Shown: one piece after another, positions 25,383-34,132 of the stretch
Position numbering within the stretch: the first letter of the stretch is position 1
Layout of the letters: each line of letters begins with the position of its first letter
DNA from: Minisyncoccota bacterium
GTDB taxonomy: Bacteria > Patescibacteriota > Minisyncoccia > UBA6257 > GWB1-50-10
Direction: 5' to 3'
Assembly (NCBI GenBank): GCA_035573955.1
Contig: DATLZO010000018.1
Span: forward strand, 1 to 45,379
DNA length: 45,379 bases
Translations under genes and position numbers: made by a program
Notes under the pieces: model-generated
The model's input: only the letters and a program-made list of their open reading frames with translations
What the model was told of the DNA's origin: nothing
Databases searched by the model: none

Positions 25383-25886
25383 CTAAAAATCAAGGTTTGA
25401 AGCGGCAGAAATGGCAATGGCCAAGGCATCGCTTATGTCATCGATCATTTTCTCTCCTCTTATTCCGAGAGTTAAACGGACCATCTTTTGAACCGCTTTC
25501 TTGTCGGCGCCGCCGTCGCCAGTCACGGCAAGCTTTACTTCGTTGGGGCCCATTTCTTTGAGGGGTACGGCGTTTTGGAAAACAGTTTTTATGATCACCC
25601 CTCTCGCCTCCGCGACTTCCATTGCGGTTTTCCGGTTTTTAGAAAGGAACAAACGTTCAAGACCAACCTTGTCCGGCGCAAAACGACGGATGAGGTTGTT
25701 GAGGTTTTTTTCTAAAGAAACAAGCCGCCGCCCATGATTTTCTTTCGGCAGTTCTATAAGTCCCGATTCAAGACGAGTGAGTTTTGAACCGTCTTTCCTC
25801 ACAATTCCGTAACCGATGCGAACCGTGCCGGGGTCGATTCCGAGAACAACGACCGGTTTGTTAGTTATGATAGACTTCTTGAACAT
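25383..25886 (-). CDS. ruvC: Holliday junction resolvase RuvC
   Basis: VLGIDPG, GYG, LERLF, AEARGVI, KLAVTGDG.ADKKAVQKMV and DDISDALAIA. Confidence 0.95.
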   Translation of the reverse strand: MFKKSIITNKPVVVLGIDPGTVRIGYGIVRKDGSKLTRLESGLIELPKENHGRRLVSLEKNLNNLIRRFAPDKVGLERLFLSKNRKTAMEVAEARGVIIKTVFQNAVPLKEMGPNEVKLAVTGDGGADKKAVQKMVRLTLGIRGEKMIDDISDALAIAISAASNLDF

Positions 25887-26382
25887 CTTCGTGGGCAGAA
25901 AGGGATTTTATAAGCTCGTCCGTTTTTTTCTTATCTTCCTCGTTGAATGAGCCGGGAAATTTCGGTTTCCAGACACCGTTTTCGTTTGTGAACGCCCAGA
26001 CGACACTCTTCGGTGCGGCGAGGCGACCGCCGCCATCACGCAGGATGTTTTTTATCTCCTGGATTGTCCGGTTGGTGTTGTCGCTTACGGCGTGGATCAC
26101 AAGAGCGACGCCACCGGGACCGTAAGCCTCGAGAATTATTTCTTCAAGCGCTTCTCCTCCACCAGCAGCTTTTTCAATGGCTCGCTCGATGTTCTCCTGC
26201 GGCACTTGAGCGGCTCTGGCCCGATCTATCGCGCTTCTCAGTCCCGGATTGAAATCCGGGTTTTTCTCGCTGCGCGCCTGGACGGTTATCATCCTAAGGA
26301 TTTTTGAAAATTCGCGCCCGCGCCGCAGGTCGGCCTTACCTTTCTTCTCTTTAATTTGTTTCCATCGGCTGTGGCCAGCCAT
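25861..26382 (-). CDS. yebC: YebC/PmpR family protein, short form (173 aa)
   Basis: MAGHSRWKQIK..K, NPGLRSAI..A, EAYGPGGVAL, SDNTNRT..EIK and EDVQEVYHN. Confidence 0.92.
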   Translation of the reverse strand: MAGHSRWKQIKEKKGKADLRRGREFSKILRMITVQARSEKNPDFNPGLRSAIDRARAAQVPQENIERAIEKAAGGGEALEEIILEAYGPGGVALVIHAVSDNTNRTIQEIKNILRDGGGRLAAPKSVVWAFTNENGVWKPKFPGSFNEEDKKKTDELIKSLSAHEDVQEVYHN

Positions 26383-26388
26383 AGAAGA

Positions 26389-27705
26389 TTACTCGTAGAG
26401 GATTTTTTTCTCCGGCACGAACGAGAAATCGAGAGGTAATGTAAACCAAAAATTACTGCCGCGTCCAAGATCTGATTCGACGCCTATTTCACCGCCGTGG
26501 CCTTTCACAATGTTCTTTGTGATATACAGTCCCAAGCCGCTGCCATTCGGCTCGATTTCCACAACATTCTTTCCGCGATGGAACTTTTCAAAGACTTTAC
26601 TTAGTTCTCCCGGCGGGATACCGACACCGGTGTCCCGGACGTTCACTCTCACAAACTTACCTGTTTCCTCTAAACTAACGGAAACCGAGCCCCCTTTCAC
26701 GTTGTAGCGGATGGCATTGTCAAGAAGATTGGTTAGAACGATGCCGAGGCGCTCCTTGTCAATCATTACCCGGTAGTCTTTTTTCGGGCGCGTGAAATCG
26801 ATTTTAATGCCGTATTCCTCAGCAATAATGGTTGCCTGGGCCACAACTTTCTCTACGAATCCGACAAGCCCCGTCTCCTCGAATTTGTAGCCAAACTTAC
26901 CTTCTTCTATCCGCGCGGCATCAAGGAGATCGTTCACAATTTCTATCATCCTTTCAGCCAGTTCAAGCCCTTTCTTGGCGTTCTCGCGCGAATCATCTTC
27001 CTTGGCGCCGCCTAAAATAGTTTCAAAAGACCATTTGATGGCGGTAAGCGGTGTCCGGAGTTGGTGGGCGGCGACCGTAAGGAACTCACTCTTGGATTCT
27101 GCTACCTGCCTCTCGCGGGAGAGATCTTGGACAATCTTCAAGAAGCCTTTGACGACACCGGTCTCGTCGGGGATGCGGTGGAGTGTTGAGCGAAGCTTCA
27201 GAGACGGTTCCTCGAGTATAATGTCGACAATCTGAGGCGGGCCGCCGGAGACTTCCGTCACCGTCGGGGCAAGAGAAGGGAAAAGGACTTGGGTAAGCGC
27301 CCGAAGGCGGGGAAATTTGGCAGAGTCTGGCGACACCCGTTCACCTACAATATCGCTTTTTTTCAGTTCGAAGATCGCTTCGGCCGCCTTGTTCCACTCC
27401 ATTATCCGGAAATCTTGGTCGTAGATTATGACGGCGTCGTTCAGATTCTCGATGACAGCCCGGAGTTCGGCATCTTTCTGTTTGGCTGATGATTTAAAAA
27501 AACCCAAATCGATGAAGCCGCGGATGACGACCGGAACAAGACCGAGAAAGATCGCAAGACCTACGAAAACGAGAAAGCCGGGAGTTGACACGGCGACAAC
27601 AACGAGGTAGGCGAGACCAGCGACGAGGAGTATAAGGACGGCCAAAATTTCTGGTGTTCGGCGTAGTTCCTTAAACCTTTCCGAAAATTTTTCAGTATTT
27701 ACCAT
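26389..27705 (-). CDS. Membrane PAS-domain sensor histidine kinase
   Basis: Two TM helices; PAS (IENLNDAVIIYD..FRIMEWNKAAEAIF); H-box AAHQLRTPL, N-box NLLDNAIRY, G1 DTGVGI and G2 GSGLGL. Confidence 0.93.
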   Translation of the reverse strand: MVNTEKFSERFKELRRTPEILAVLILLVAGLAYLVVVAVSTPGFLVFVGLAIFLGLVPVVIRGFIDLGFFKSSAKQKDAELRAVIENLNDAVIIYDQDFRIMEWNKAAEAIFELKKSDIVGERVSPDSAKFPRLRALTQVLFPSLAPTVTEVSGGPPQIVDIILEEPSLKLRSTLHRIPDETGVVKGFLKIVQDLSRERQVAESKSEFLTVAAHQLRTPLTAIKWSFETILGGAKEDDSRENAKKGLELAERMIEIVNDLLDAARIEEGKFGYKFEETGLVGFVEKVVAQATIIAEEYGIKIDFTRPKKDYRVMIDKERLGIVLTNLLDNAIRYNVKGGSVSVSLEETGKFVRVNVRDTGVGIPPGELSKVFEKFHRGKNVVEIEPNGSGLGLYITKNIVKGHGGEIGVESDLGRGSNFWFTLPLDFSFVPEKKILYE

Positions 27706-30157
27706 TCTGAAGTTTTTCTAAATCACCGAGATTCTTACCGACGCGCATTTCAACAGAAAGAGGAACGGAGATTTTTTGGACATTCTCCATAATGGGGCGG
27801 ATTAACCCCGAGATTTCTTCCAGAATATCATCCCGCACCTCAAAGAGCAATTCGTCGTGGATGGTGAGAACGAGTTTCGCTTTGCTCCCCAACCAACCTT
27901 TTTCCTTGATGAGTTGGAAAGTTCCAATCATCGCTTTCTTAATAATATCGGCGCCGAGGCTCTGGATAGGGAAATTCACCGCCGCTCTCTCTGTTTCCGA
28001 TTCGGCCCGCGGCGAGCCGGAAGCACCCTCCAAAAACCAACGCCGGCGGCCGTTCTCATTCCTCACAAAACCGAAAGTCCGCGCCTCGTTCTTTATTCTG
28101 TCCTGCCATGCTTTAACTTCAGGAAAATCACCGAAGTACTCCTCGATAAACTGCGACGATTTTTCAAGAGGAAGTTCTGAGATTTCACTGAAGGCTCTTG
28201 CCCCCATGCCGTAGATAACCCCAAAGTTCAGGGTTTTCCCTACCCGCCGCATCTCTGGCGTCACTTTCTCCGGTGGGACATTGAAGATTTGGGAGGCGGT
28301 TATCCTGTGGGCGTCAATCCCTTCAATGAAAGCTTTGCGCAGTTTCCTGTCACCCGAGACGTGAGCGAGAAGGCGAAGCTCGAGTTGAGAGTAGTCAAGA
28401 GCGAGGAATCTGAAACCTTTCGGTGTTTCGAAGCATTCTCTGAGTCTTTTCGACCACCGCGATTCTTGGGGTAGGTTCTGGAGATTTGGTTCAGCGGACG
28501 CAATCCGTCCGGTCGAGGTTCCGGTTTGGATGAAATTTGTCCGAACCCGTCCGTCACCCTCCGTTTCCTTGATGAGCGGCCTCACGAAGGTAGACGCGAT
28601 TTTGAAATTTTCCCGATAGTCGAGGATAAGCGAGATAATAGGGTGTTCATTTTTCAATTCTTTCAAAACCTCGAAGGAAGTTGATTTCAGACCGCTCTTA
28701 GTTTTTCTAACCTTGACCGCTTTAATACCGAGTTTCTCAAAGAGAATGCGGGAAAGTTGCTGCGACGAATTAATATTGAACGTCGTCCCGGCGGCCTCGT
28801 AAATCCTCTTCGCCGTTTCTTCGAGGCCCGCGGATATTTCCCCGTCGAGGATTCGAAGCTTCTCGGCATTCGCGCCAATACCCCATTTTTCCATAAAGGC
28901 GAGGACTTCGATCAAAGGCATCTCAATTTCTTCGAAAACGGTGCCGAGGCCGTACTCGCCTATTTTGGCCTCGAAGAGCGGCGCAAGGCGTGAGATAAGA
29001 CCGATTGCTTCCTCACCCTCCCCGCTTTCGTGGAAGAAACGCCGATAAAGAGAATTAAGCGAGAAGTCTTTCCCGCCCGGATCGATGAGCCAACCCGCCA
29101 CCTTGACGTCGAAGATTGGCGGGCGCACTTCAATGCCCTTTCCGGAGAGTTCCTTTATAATTTCCTTCCAATCGAAGGCAATTTTTAACTTGGAAGACGA
29201 GAGTTCCCCACGCCGTTCCGCGGCAAATGAAGCCGATGGAACAATCACCGCTTCCCCGACCGCTTTTGGTTCGAAGGTAATCGCTTTTCCGCCGCTGTCC
29301 GCGAATCTTTTCACGAGACTTTGGAAACCGAGGCGAGCAAAGTAGGGGACAATTTCGGCCGTCCTCGGTCCCTTAAACGAAAGCCCATTCAAGTCGACAT
29401 CAAGAGGTATGCTCTCCTTCAAAGTGACTAGTTTTTTGGAAAGTTCGGCCTGTTCTCGGAATCCGCCGATTTTTACGGCGAGTTTCTTATCCTCACCCAA
29501 CCGCTTAAAAAGGCCCTCGACGGAACCGTACTTTCCGAGAAGTTTGGCGGCTGTCTTGGGGCCGATACCTGGAATGCCGGGGATGTTGTCCGAAGGGTCG
29601 CCGACCAGAGCTTTGTAATCGGTCATACTCCGCGGGGGAACGCCGAAACGGGCCCGGACGGCATCCTCATTATAGATAAAAGTTTCAGAAAGACCCTTTT
29701 TTGGTGCCTGGACCACCACTTTGTCTTTATGGACTAGTTGAAGAGTATCGAGGTCGCCCGTGAGAATGACTATTTTCAAACCAGGAACAGTCTTAAATTT
29801 AGAAACAAGAGAAGCGATTATATCATCCGCTTCTAAACCCTTCTCTTCAAAGGAACGGACACCGAATTTCCGGAAAAGTTCGCGAGCCTCCGCAAGTTGG
29901 TGGATAAGCTCCTCTTCTACCGGGGGGCGGTGAGCTTTGTATTCACGGAAAAGCTCGTCCCGGAAAGTTGGTTCGGGTCTGTCGAAAGCGGCTGCGGCAT
30001 AATCGGGTTTTTGTTCCCGCAGGAGTTTCAAAAGGACGCTCGAAAGGCCGTAGAGCGCGCCGACAGGTTCCCCGCTGGGAGCGGTTAAGGGCGGCAGGGC
30101 ATGGTAAGCTCGGTGGATGAGAGCGTTTGCGTCGATAAGAAAAAGAGTTTTCTTCAT
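27692..30157 (-). CDS. polA: DNA polymerase I
   Basis: True start ATG at 30157 (MKKTLFLIDANALIHRAYHA), ATGA-coupled to tsaE. GDPSDNIPGIPGIGPKTA, DYSQLELR, KTLNFGVIYG and TIHDEL. Confidence 0.97.
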   Translation of the reverse strand: MKKTLFLIDANALIHRAYHALPPLTAPSGEPVGALYGLSSVLLKLLREQKPDYAAAAFDRPEPTFRDELFREYKAHRPPVEEELIHQLAEARELFRKFGVRSFEEKGLEADDIIASLVSKFKTVPGLKIVILTGDLDTLQLVHKDKVVVQAPKKGLSETFIYNEDAVRARFGVPPRSMTDYKALVGDPSDNIPGIPGIGPKTAAKLLGKYGSVEGLFKRLGEDKKLAVKIGGFREQAELSKKLVTLKESIPLDVDLNGLSFKGPRTAEIVPYFARLGFQSLVKRFADSGGKAITFEPKAVGEAVIVPSASFAAERRGELSSSKLKIAFDWKEIIKELSGKGIEVRPPIFDVKVAGWLIDPGGKDFSLNSLYRRFFHESGEGEEAIGLISRLAPLFEAKIGEYGLGTVFEEIEMPLIEVLAFMEKWGIGANAEKLRILDGEISAGLEETAKRIYEAAGTTFNINSSQQLSRILFEKLGIKAVKVRKTKSGLKSTSFEVLKELKNEHPIISLILDYRENFKIASTFVRPLIKETEGDGRVRTNFIQTGTSTGRIASAEPNLQNLPQESRWSKRLRECFETPKGFRFLALDYSQLELRLLAHVSGDRKLRKAFIEGIDAHRITASQIFNVPPEKVTPEMRRVGKTLNFGVIYGMGARAFSEISELPLEKSSQFIEEYFGDFPEVKAWQDRIKNEARTFGFVRNENGRRRWFLEGASGSPRAESETERAAVNFPIQSLGADIIKKAMIGTFQLIKEKGWLGSKAKLVLTIHDELLFEVRDDILEEISGLIRPIMENVQKISVPLSVEMRVGKNLGDLEKLQNGKY

Positions 30158-30585
30158 CGGATTTTCCCAAAGGAAATCATCCGCTCGTTTAGTTTCCGGC
30201 CGTGCCGGAAGCGGACGACGAGAGAATCTTTCGGTAGAACCTTTTTGATCCGGTCGGCCCATTCGACTAAAACAACATTCCTCGGATCTTCAAAGATATC
30301 TTTCAAGCCTATAACCTCGAGCTCGTTCAAGTTTCTTATCCGGTAGGCGTCTATATGATGGAGCCTTCCGTAGCTGCGGAGGACGAGAAAAGTTGGGCTC
30401 GTTATCCGGCGTTTCAGACCGAAACCGTGGGCGAAGCCTTGGACAAAAGCAGTCTTCCCGCTGCCCAAGTTTCCAACGAGAGCTACAACGAAAGCACCGC
30501 CGGTTTTTCTCGACTTTCTGATTTCCCTGGCCAGAAGAGCAGCAATTTCTTTAGTTCTCCGAAGAGACGAAGATTTAAACGTCAT
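30154..30585 (-). CDS. tsaE: t6A biosynthesis ATPase TsaE
   Basis: GNLGSGKT, ITSPTF, HIDAYR and VEWAD. Confidence 0.95.
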   Translation of the reverse strand: MTFKSSSLRRTKEIAALLAREIRKSRKTGGAFVVALVGNLGSGKTAFVQGFAHGFGLKRRITSPTFLVLRSYGRLHHIDAYRIRNLNELEVIGLKDIFEDPRNVVLVEWADRIKKVLPKDSLVVRFRHGRKLNERMISFGKIR

Positions 30586-31596
30586 CTAAAGGAGGGTATT
30601 TTTGGGACTAAGTCCCAGATGCCGGTAAGCGGCCTCAGTCGCAATTCGGCCGAGCTGGGTCCTTTCCAAAAAACCCAGTTTCATAAGAAATGGCTCGTAA
30701 ACCTCCTCGATGGCGTCCGGTTCGTCGTTCAAGGCTGCGGCGATGGCTCTCACGCCGACGGGACCCCCGCCGAATCTCTTAATAATGACACTAAGAAGAT
30801 CTCGATCGATCTCCTCAAGCCCCATTTCGTCGATTTCGAGAAGGTTGAGAGTGTTTTTCACGACTTCAGCGTCAACGACGTCCTTTTTGTAAACCTGGGC
30901 GTAATCGCGGGCGCGCTTCAGCAGCCGGTTTGCAACCCGGGGCGTGAATCGGCTGGCCCGAGCGAGGGAATTTACCGCCTCGGGAAGGATTTTAACTTTG
31001 AGTATATTGGCGGAGCGAGAGATGATCTTCTCGATGTCTTCCAATTGGTAGTAGTCAAGCCGGAGAACGGCGCCAAAGCGCGAGCGGAGAGGCCCGGATA
31101 TAAGGTTTGTGCGGGTGGTCGCGGCAATAAGCGTAAAGGGCGGCAGGTCTAGAGTGAGTGTTCTCGCCGACGGCCCTTTGCCTATGATAAGATGAAGCTT
31201 CCTTGCCTCGAGAGCCGGATACATTACCTCTTCAACCATTTTGTTGATGCGGTGCGCCTCGTCGATGAAAAGAACCTCGTTTGGCTCCAAATTGGAAAGG
31301 ATGGCAGCGACGTCGCCGGCTTTCTCGAGCGCCGGCCCGGAGGTCGCCCGGACGTTCACCCCCATCTCTTTGCCGATCAAGTAAGCGAGGGTGGTCTTGC
31401 CAAGGCCCGCCTGACCGCAGAAGAGAATATGATCGCAAGACTCGCTCCGTTCTCGGGCCGCCTGCATGATGAGTTTCAGGTTTGCCTTGATCTTATCCTG
31501 ACCAATATAATCTTCCCAAACGGAAGGACGGAGGGTAAGCTCCAACCCCTCATCGTTATTAGAGTTCAGTTCTTTCAGAGGTGTTTTTGGGGTCAT
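30586..31596 (-). CDS. ruvB: Holliday junction branch-migration helicase RuvB
   Basis: LRP..WEDYIGQ, GQAGLGKTT, LFIDEAHR, LRSRFG, RFTPRVANRLLKR and EPFL...G.LERT..GR. Confidence 0.97.
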   Translation of the reverse strand: MTPKTPLKELNSNNDEGLELTLRPSVWEDYIGQDKIKANLKLIMQAARERSESCDHILFCGQAGLGKTTLAYLIGKEMGVNVRATSGPALEKAGDVAAILSNLEPNEVLFIDEAHRINKMVEEVMYPALEARKLHLIIGKGPSARTLTLDLPPFTLIAATTRTNLISGPLRSRFGAVLRLDYYQLEDIEKIISRSANILKVKILPEAVNSLARASRFTPRVANRLLKRARDYAQVYKKDVVDAEVVKNTLNLLEIDEMGLEEIDRDLLSVIIKRFGGGPVGVRAIAAALNDEPDAIEEVYEPFLMKLGFLERTQLGRIATEAAYRHLGLSPKNTLL

Positions 31597-31597
31597 A

Positions 31598-31626
31598 TTG
31601 ACAAATTTACCATAATATGCTAACGT
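31598..31626 (+). promoter_or_regulatory. Sigma70-type promoter of the 6S-like RNA
   Basis: TTGACA (31598-31603), 17 nt, TAACGT (31621-31626) with an extended TG at 31618-31619. Confidence 0.65.
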
Positions 31627-31632
31627 TTAAAT

Positions 31633-31799
31633 GGTTATTCTGAAGATCGACCTGTGGGCAAAGGGGCTCATTCTCGCTTTAAGGACCAGACGGCTCCGGC
31701 TATCTGAATCCCGAGTGTAAACCTCAATCTCTTCCTTTTAGGAAGGGTTTCTATAGGCCTTTACCGGCATATGCCCACAGATCCATCTTCGGAATAATC
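31633..31799 (+). ncRNA. ssrS: 6S RNA (SsrS)-like structured RNA
   Basis: Terminal stem TTATTCTGAAGAT (31635-31647) / ATCTTCGGAATAA (31785-31797); its U-G pair favours the + strand. Second stem CTGTGGGCA / TGCCCACAG. Small hairpin CTTCC-TTTTA-GGAAG in the 3' bubble. Length ~167 nt; bracketed by a promoter and terminator. Confidence 0.65.
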
Positions 31800-31800
31800 T

Positions 31801-31830
31801 GCGCCGCTTTCCAAAGCGGGCTTTTTAGTT
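31801..31830 (+). terminator. Intrinsic terminator after the 6S-like RNA
   Basis: CCGCTT-TCCA-AAGCGG hairpin followed by TTTTTAGTTTTT, overlapping the convergent pilB stop codon. Confidence 0.75.
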
Positions 31831-33501
31831 TTTAAGCCAAGCAATCGGGCCGGTTGCCCGCTCCACCTCGTCGAAGCTCGTGATTCCTGAAATCGCTTTT
31901 AAAATCCCGTCTTCCTGCATCGTAACCAAACCCTCTTCTCTTGCCAAGACCTTAAGCTCGATTTCGGTCGGACTTTTGTAGATCTTTTCTTCAATCTTTT
32001 CACTAATGACGAAAAGCTCGAAGATTGAAACCCGGCCTCGGTAGCCCAAATTGCCGCATTTCTCACAGCCTACCGGCTCGAATACACTCACTTTTTCGTA
32101 AGGATTCTTGTTGACGCGGGCAGGAAGATTTTCCAAGAACACTTTTATCGCTTGGGCAAATTTTTCGTCGACCTTTTTTTCTTTCTTACAGTGGGGGCAG
32201 AGAATACGGACCAATCGTTGGGCAATGACGAGGGATATGGCGGGTCCGAGAACCTGGGGCTTCGCACCTAAATCGAGGAGACGGGGGACGGCCCCCACCG
32301 CGTCGTTCGTGTGTAAAGTGGAGAAAACCAAGTGGCCGGTCAAAGAGGCATTCATGGCGATTTCAGCCGTTTCTTTGTCCCTAATCTCACCAACCAGGAT
32401 CACATCCGGGTCCTGGCGGAGAATGGAGCGGAGGCCTGAGGCAAAAGTGTAGCCGGCCTCGGCTTTGACCTGCGTTTGGGAAATACCAGGCAAGTGATAC
32501 TCTATCGGATCCTCGATGGTGATAATTTTTATCTCCGGGTTCGTTATCTTTCGGAGGAAAGCGTAAAGGGTTGTGGTCTTACCGCTGCCGGTGGGGCCGG
32601 TTACCAGTATCAAGCCGTTTGGTTTCTCTATCTCGGCCGATGCTATCGCGAGATCATCTTTTCGCCAACCGAGGTCCTCGAGATTTACCTTGAGCGATTT
32701 GGGATCGAGAAGCCGTAGAACAGCGGTCTCGCCGTACTCCGAGGGGATGATGGAAGTTCTAATCTCAATATCGCGGTCAGTAAGTCTGATGGTGAAACGG
32801 CCATCCTGGGGCTGATCCTGAATGTTCAATTTGAGGTTGGAGAGGAGTTTTATTCTTGTCACCACCGATTTGTATTTAGTGAGTTCGAGTTTATCGTAAG
32901 CATTATGTAGAAGACCGTCGATCCGAAAGCGGAGAAGGCCGAATCTTTCGGTTGGTTCCAGGTGGATATCGGAGGCGGAGAGGGAAAATGCTCCGGCAAG
33001 GATAATCTCCAGAATCTCCGAGGTGTAGGGGCTTTCAAAAGAATCAATGCTCTTTTGCAAGCTCACAAGGTCTTTTATTTTCTCGCCAAGCTTCTTTAGA
33101 TTTTCCTCGCTCACGTCCACCTGCCCGCTGATCTCCTTACTCTCCGGTTTCACGTACTGGTAGTATTTCCAAGCGTGCTCGAGACCGCGCTTTGAGACGA
33201 TGACAAGTTCTACCTCAAACTCTTTTCCGAGCTCGTCTATTATCGCTTTGGTCTCCGGTAATTTGGGGTTGAAGACGGCGACGACGAGTTTTTTTGCGAC
33301 CCGTTGGAGGGGAACAAGAAGAGCGCTCTTTGCTTTCTCCTCGGGGACGAGGGCCATCGCCTTTATCTCGGTCGGGACGTGGACGGAAATCAGATTCAGG
33401 TAACGGATACCTGCGGCCTCGGCCCGGCGGCGGGCGTCTTCTTCCTCCGCCCTTCGTCTCTCCTCATCCAACTTCTCAAGCAAGTCCTTAGCAAGAGTCA
33501 T
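31825..33501 (-). CDS. pilB: PilB/GspE type IV pilus assembly ATPase
   Basis: ASDIHLEP, RFRIDG, PQDGRF, Walker A GPTGSGKTT, TIEDPIE, LRQDPDVILVGEIRD, GHLVFSTLH and the zinc motif CPHC...GCEKC. Confidence 0.93.
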   Translation of the reverse strand: MTLAKDLLEKLDEERRRAEEEDARRRAEAAGIRYLNLISVHVPTEIKAMALVPEEKAKSALLVPLQRVAKKLVVAVFNPKLPETKAIIDELGKEFEVELVIVSKRGLEHAWKYYQYVKPESKEISGQVDVSEENLKKLGEKIKDLVSLQKSIDSFESPYTSEILEIILAGAFSLSASDIHLEPTERFGLLRFRIDGLLHNAYDKLELTKYKSVVTRIKLLSNLKLNIQDQPQDGRFTIRLTDRDIEIRTSIIPSEYGETAVLRLLDPKSLKVNLEDLGWRKDDLAIASAEIEKPNGLILVTGPTGSGKTTTLYAFLRKITNPEIKIITIEDPIEYHLPGISQTQVKAEAGYTFASGLRSILRQDPDVILVGEIRDKETAEIAMNASLTGHLVFSTLHTNDAVGAVPRLLDLGAKPQVLGPAISLVIAQRLVRILCPHCKKEKKVDEKFAQAIKVFLENLPARVNKNPYEKVSVFEPVGCEKCGNLGYRGRVSIFELFVISEKIEEKIYKSPTEIELKVLAREEGLVTMQEDGILKAISGITSFDEVERATGPIAWLKN

Positions 33502-33540
33502 TACTTTTAGATTATCCTTTTTAGGAGACCCTTACAAGGT

Positions 33541-33583
33541 TCAAACGGCCGTGTTTGACAAATTAGTGTTTTTCTGCTACCAT
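33541..33583 (+). promoter_or_regulatory. Sigma70 promoter with an overlapping palindrome
   Basis: TTGACA (33555-33560), 17 nt, TACCAT (33578-33583) with extended TG. Near-palindrome TCAAACGGCCGTGTTTGA (33541-33558) overlaps the -35 box. Confidence 0.6.
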
Positions 33584-33622
33584 TAAAAGCAGACCATCAC
33601 ATAGGTAGAACAGGGAGGCACT

Positions 33623-34051
33623 GTGAAACTGATCCACGCTGCTTTTGCGGTATTGCTTGTAAGTGGTGGTTGCGTTCCCACCGCCACTTACACGGTGAGC
33701 ACGAGAAACCTCGGGCTTACCGGAGAATGTTTGGTGAGGGGTGAGATCGAAATCGCCTCCGTGAATTTCTACAACGGCAGGCGGGACACGGTTTCGGTTC
33801 TCATCCCCCCCATCGCCGGCGTGCGCACCACTGAGCTCGAGGCTCTCCCGCCCGGCGGCTACGGGACGGTGTCCTTTCGGGTGAGGTGCCAGCGGGGGCG
33901 GTATTTTGCGACGGAATTCATCGTCGCTCCCCTGCAGGCGGGTGGCATCGAGCCGGCCCGAAGGTCGTGGGCTTTCAGCGACAACATTCGTTCTGTTCGC
34001 CACCAAAGCTTTATTATAAGTGGCGACAGGACGAGAATTATCCTTCGCTGA
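33623..34051 (+). CDS. Orphan exported protein, possible lipoprotein
   Basis: GTG start preceded by a strong SD (AGGGAGG). Signal MKLIHAAFAVLLVSGG-C and a beta-rich mature part with two more Cys. Confidence 0.7.
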   Translation: MKLIHAAFAVLLVSGGCVPTATYTVSTRNLGLTGECLVRGEIEIASVNFYNGRRDTVSVLIPPIAGVRTTELEALPPGGYGTVSFRVRCQRGRYFATEFIVAPLQAGGIEPARRSWAFSDNIRSVRHQSFIISGDRTRIILR

Positions 34052-34082
34052 GAGGCGGCCCGCCGGCCCCCGCACAGCAAAC

Positions 34083-34116
34083 AACCCCTTCCCGGGTTTC
34101 TCGGGAAGGGGTTTGT
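34083..34116 (+). terminator. Intrinsic terminator
   Basis: 12-bp stem AACCCCTTCCCG / CGGGAAGGGGTT followed by TGT. Confidence 0.75.
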
Positions 34117-34132
34117 GCTATAAAATGGATTG

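Noticed and set aside
30158-30262. 35-aa N-terminal extension of PolA
   Set aside because: It lies inside tsaE. The ATGA overlap at 30154-30157 gives the canonical PolA start.
30355-31152. 265-aa plus-strand ORF
   Set aside because: Antisense shadow of ruvB/tsaE.
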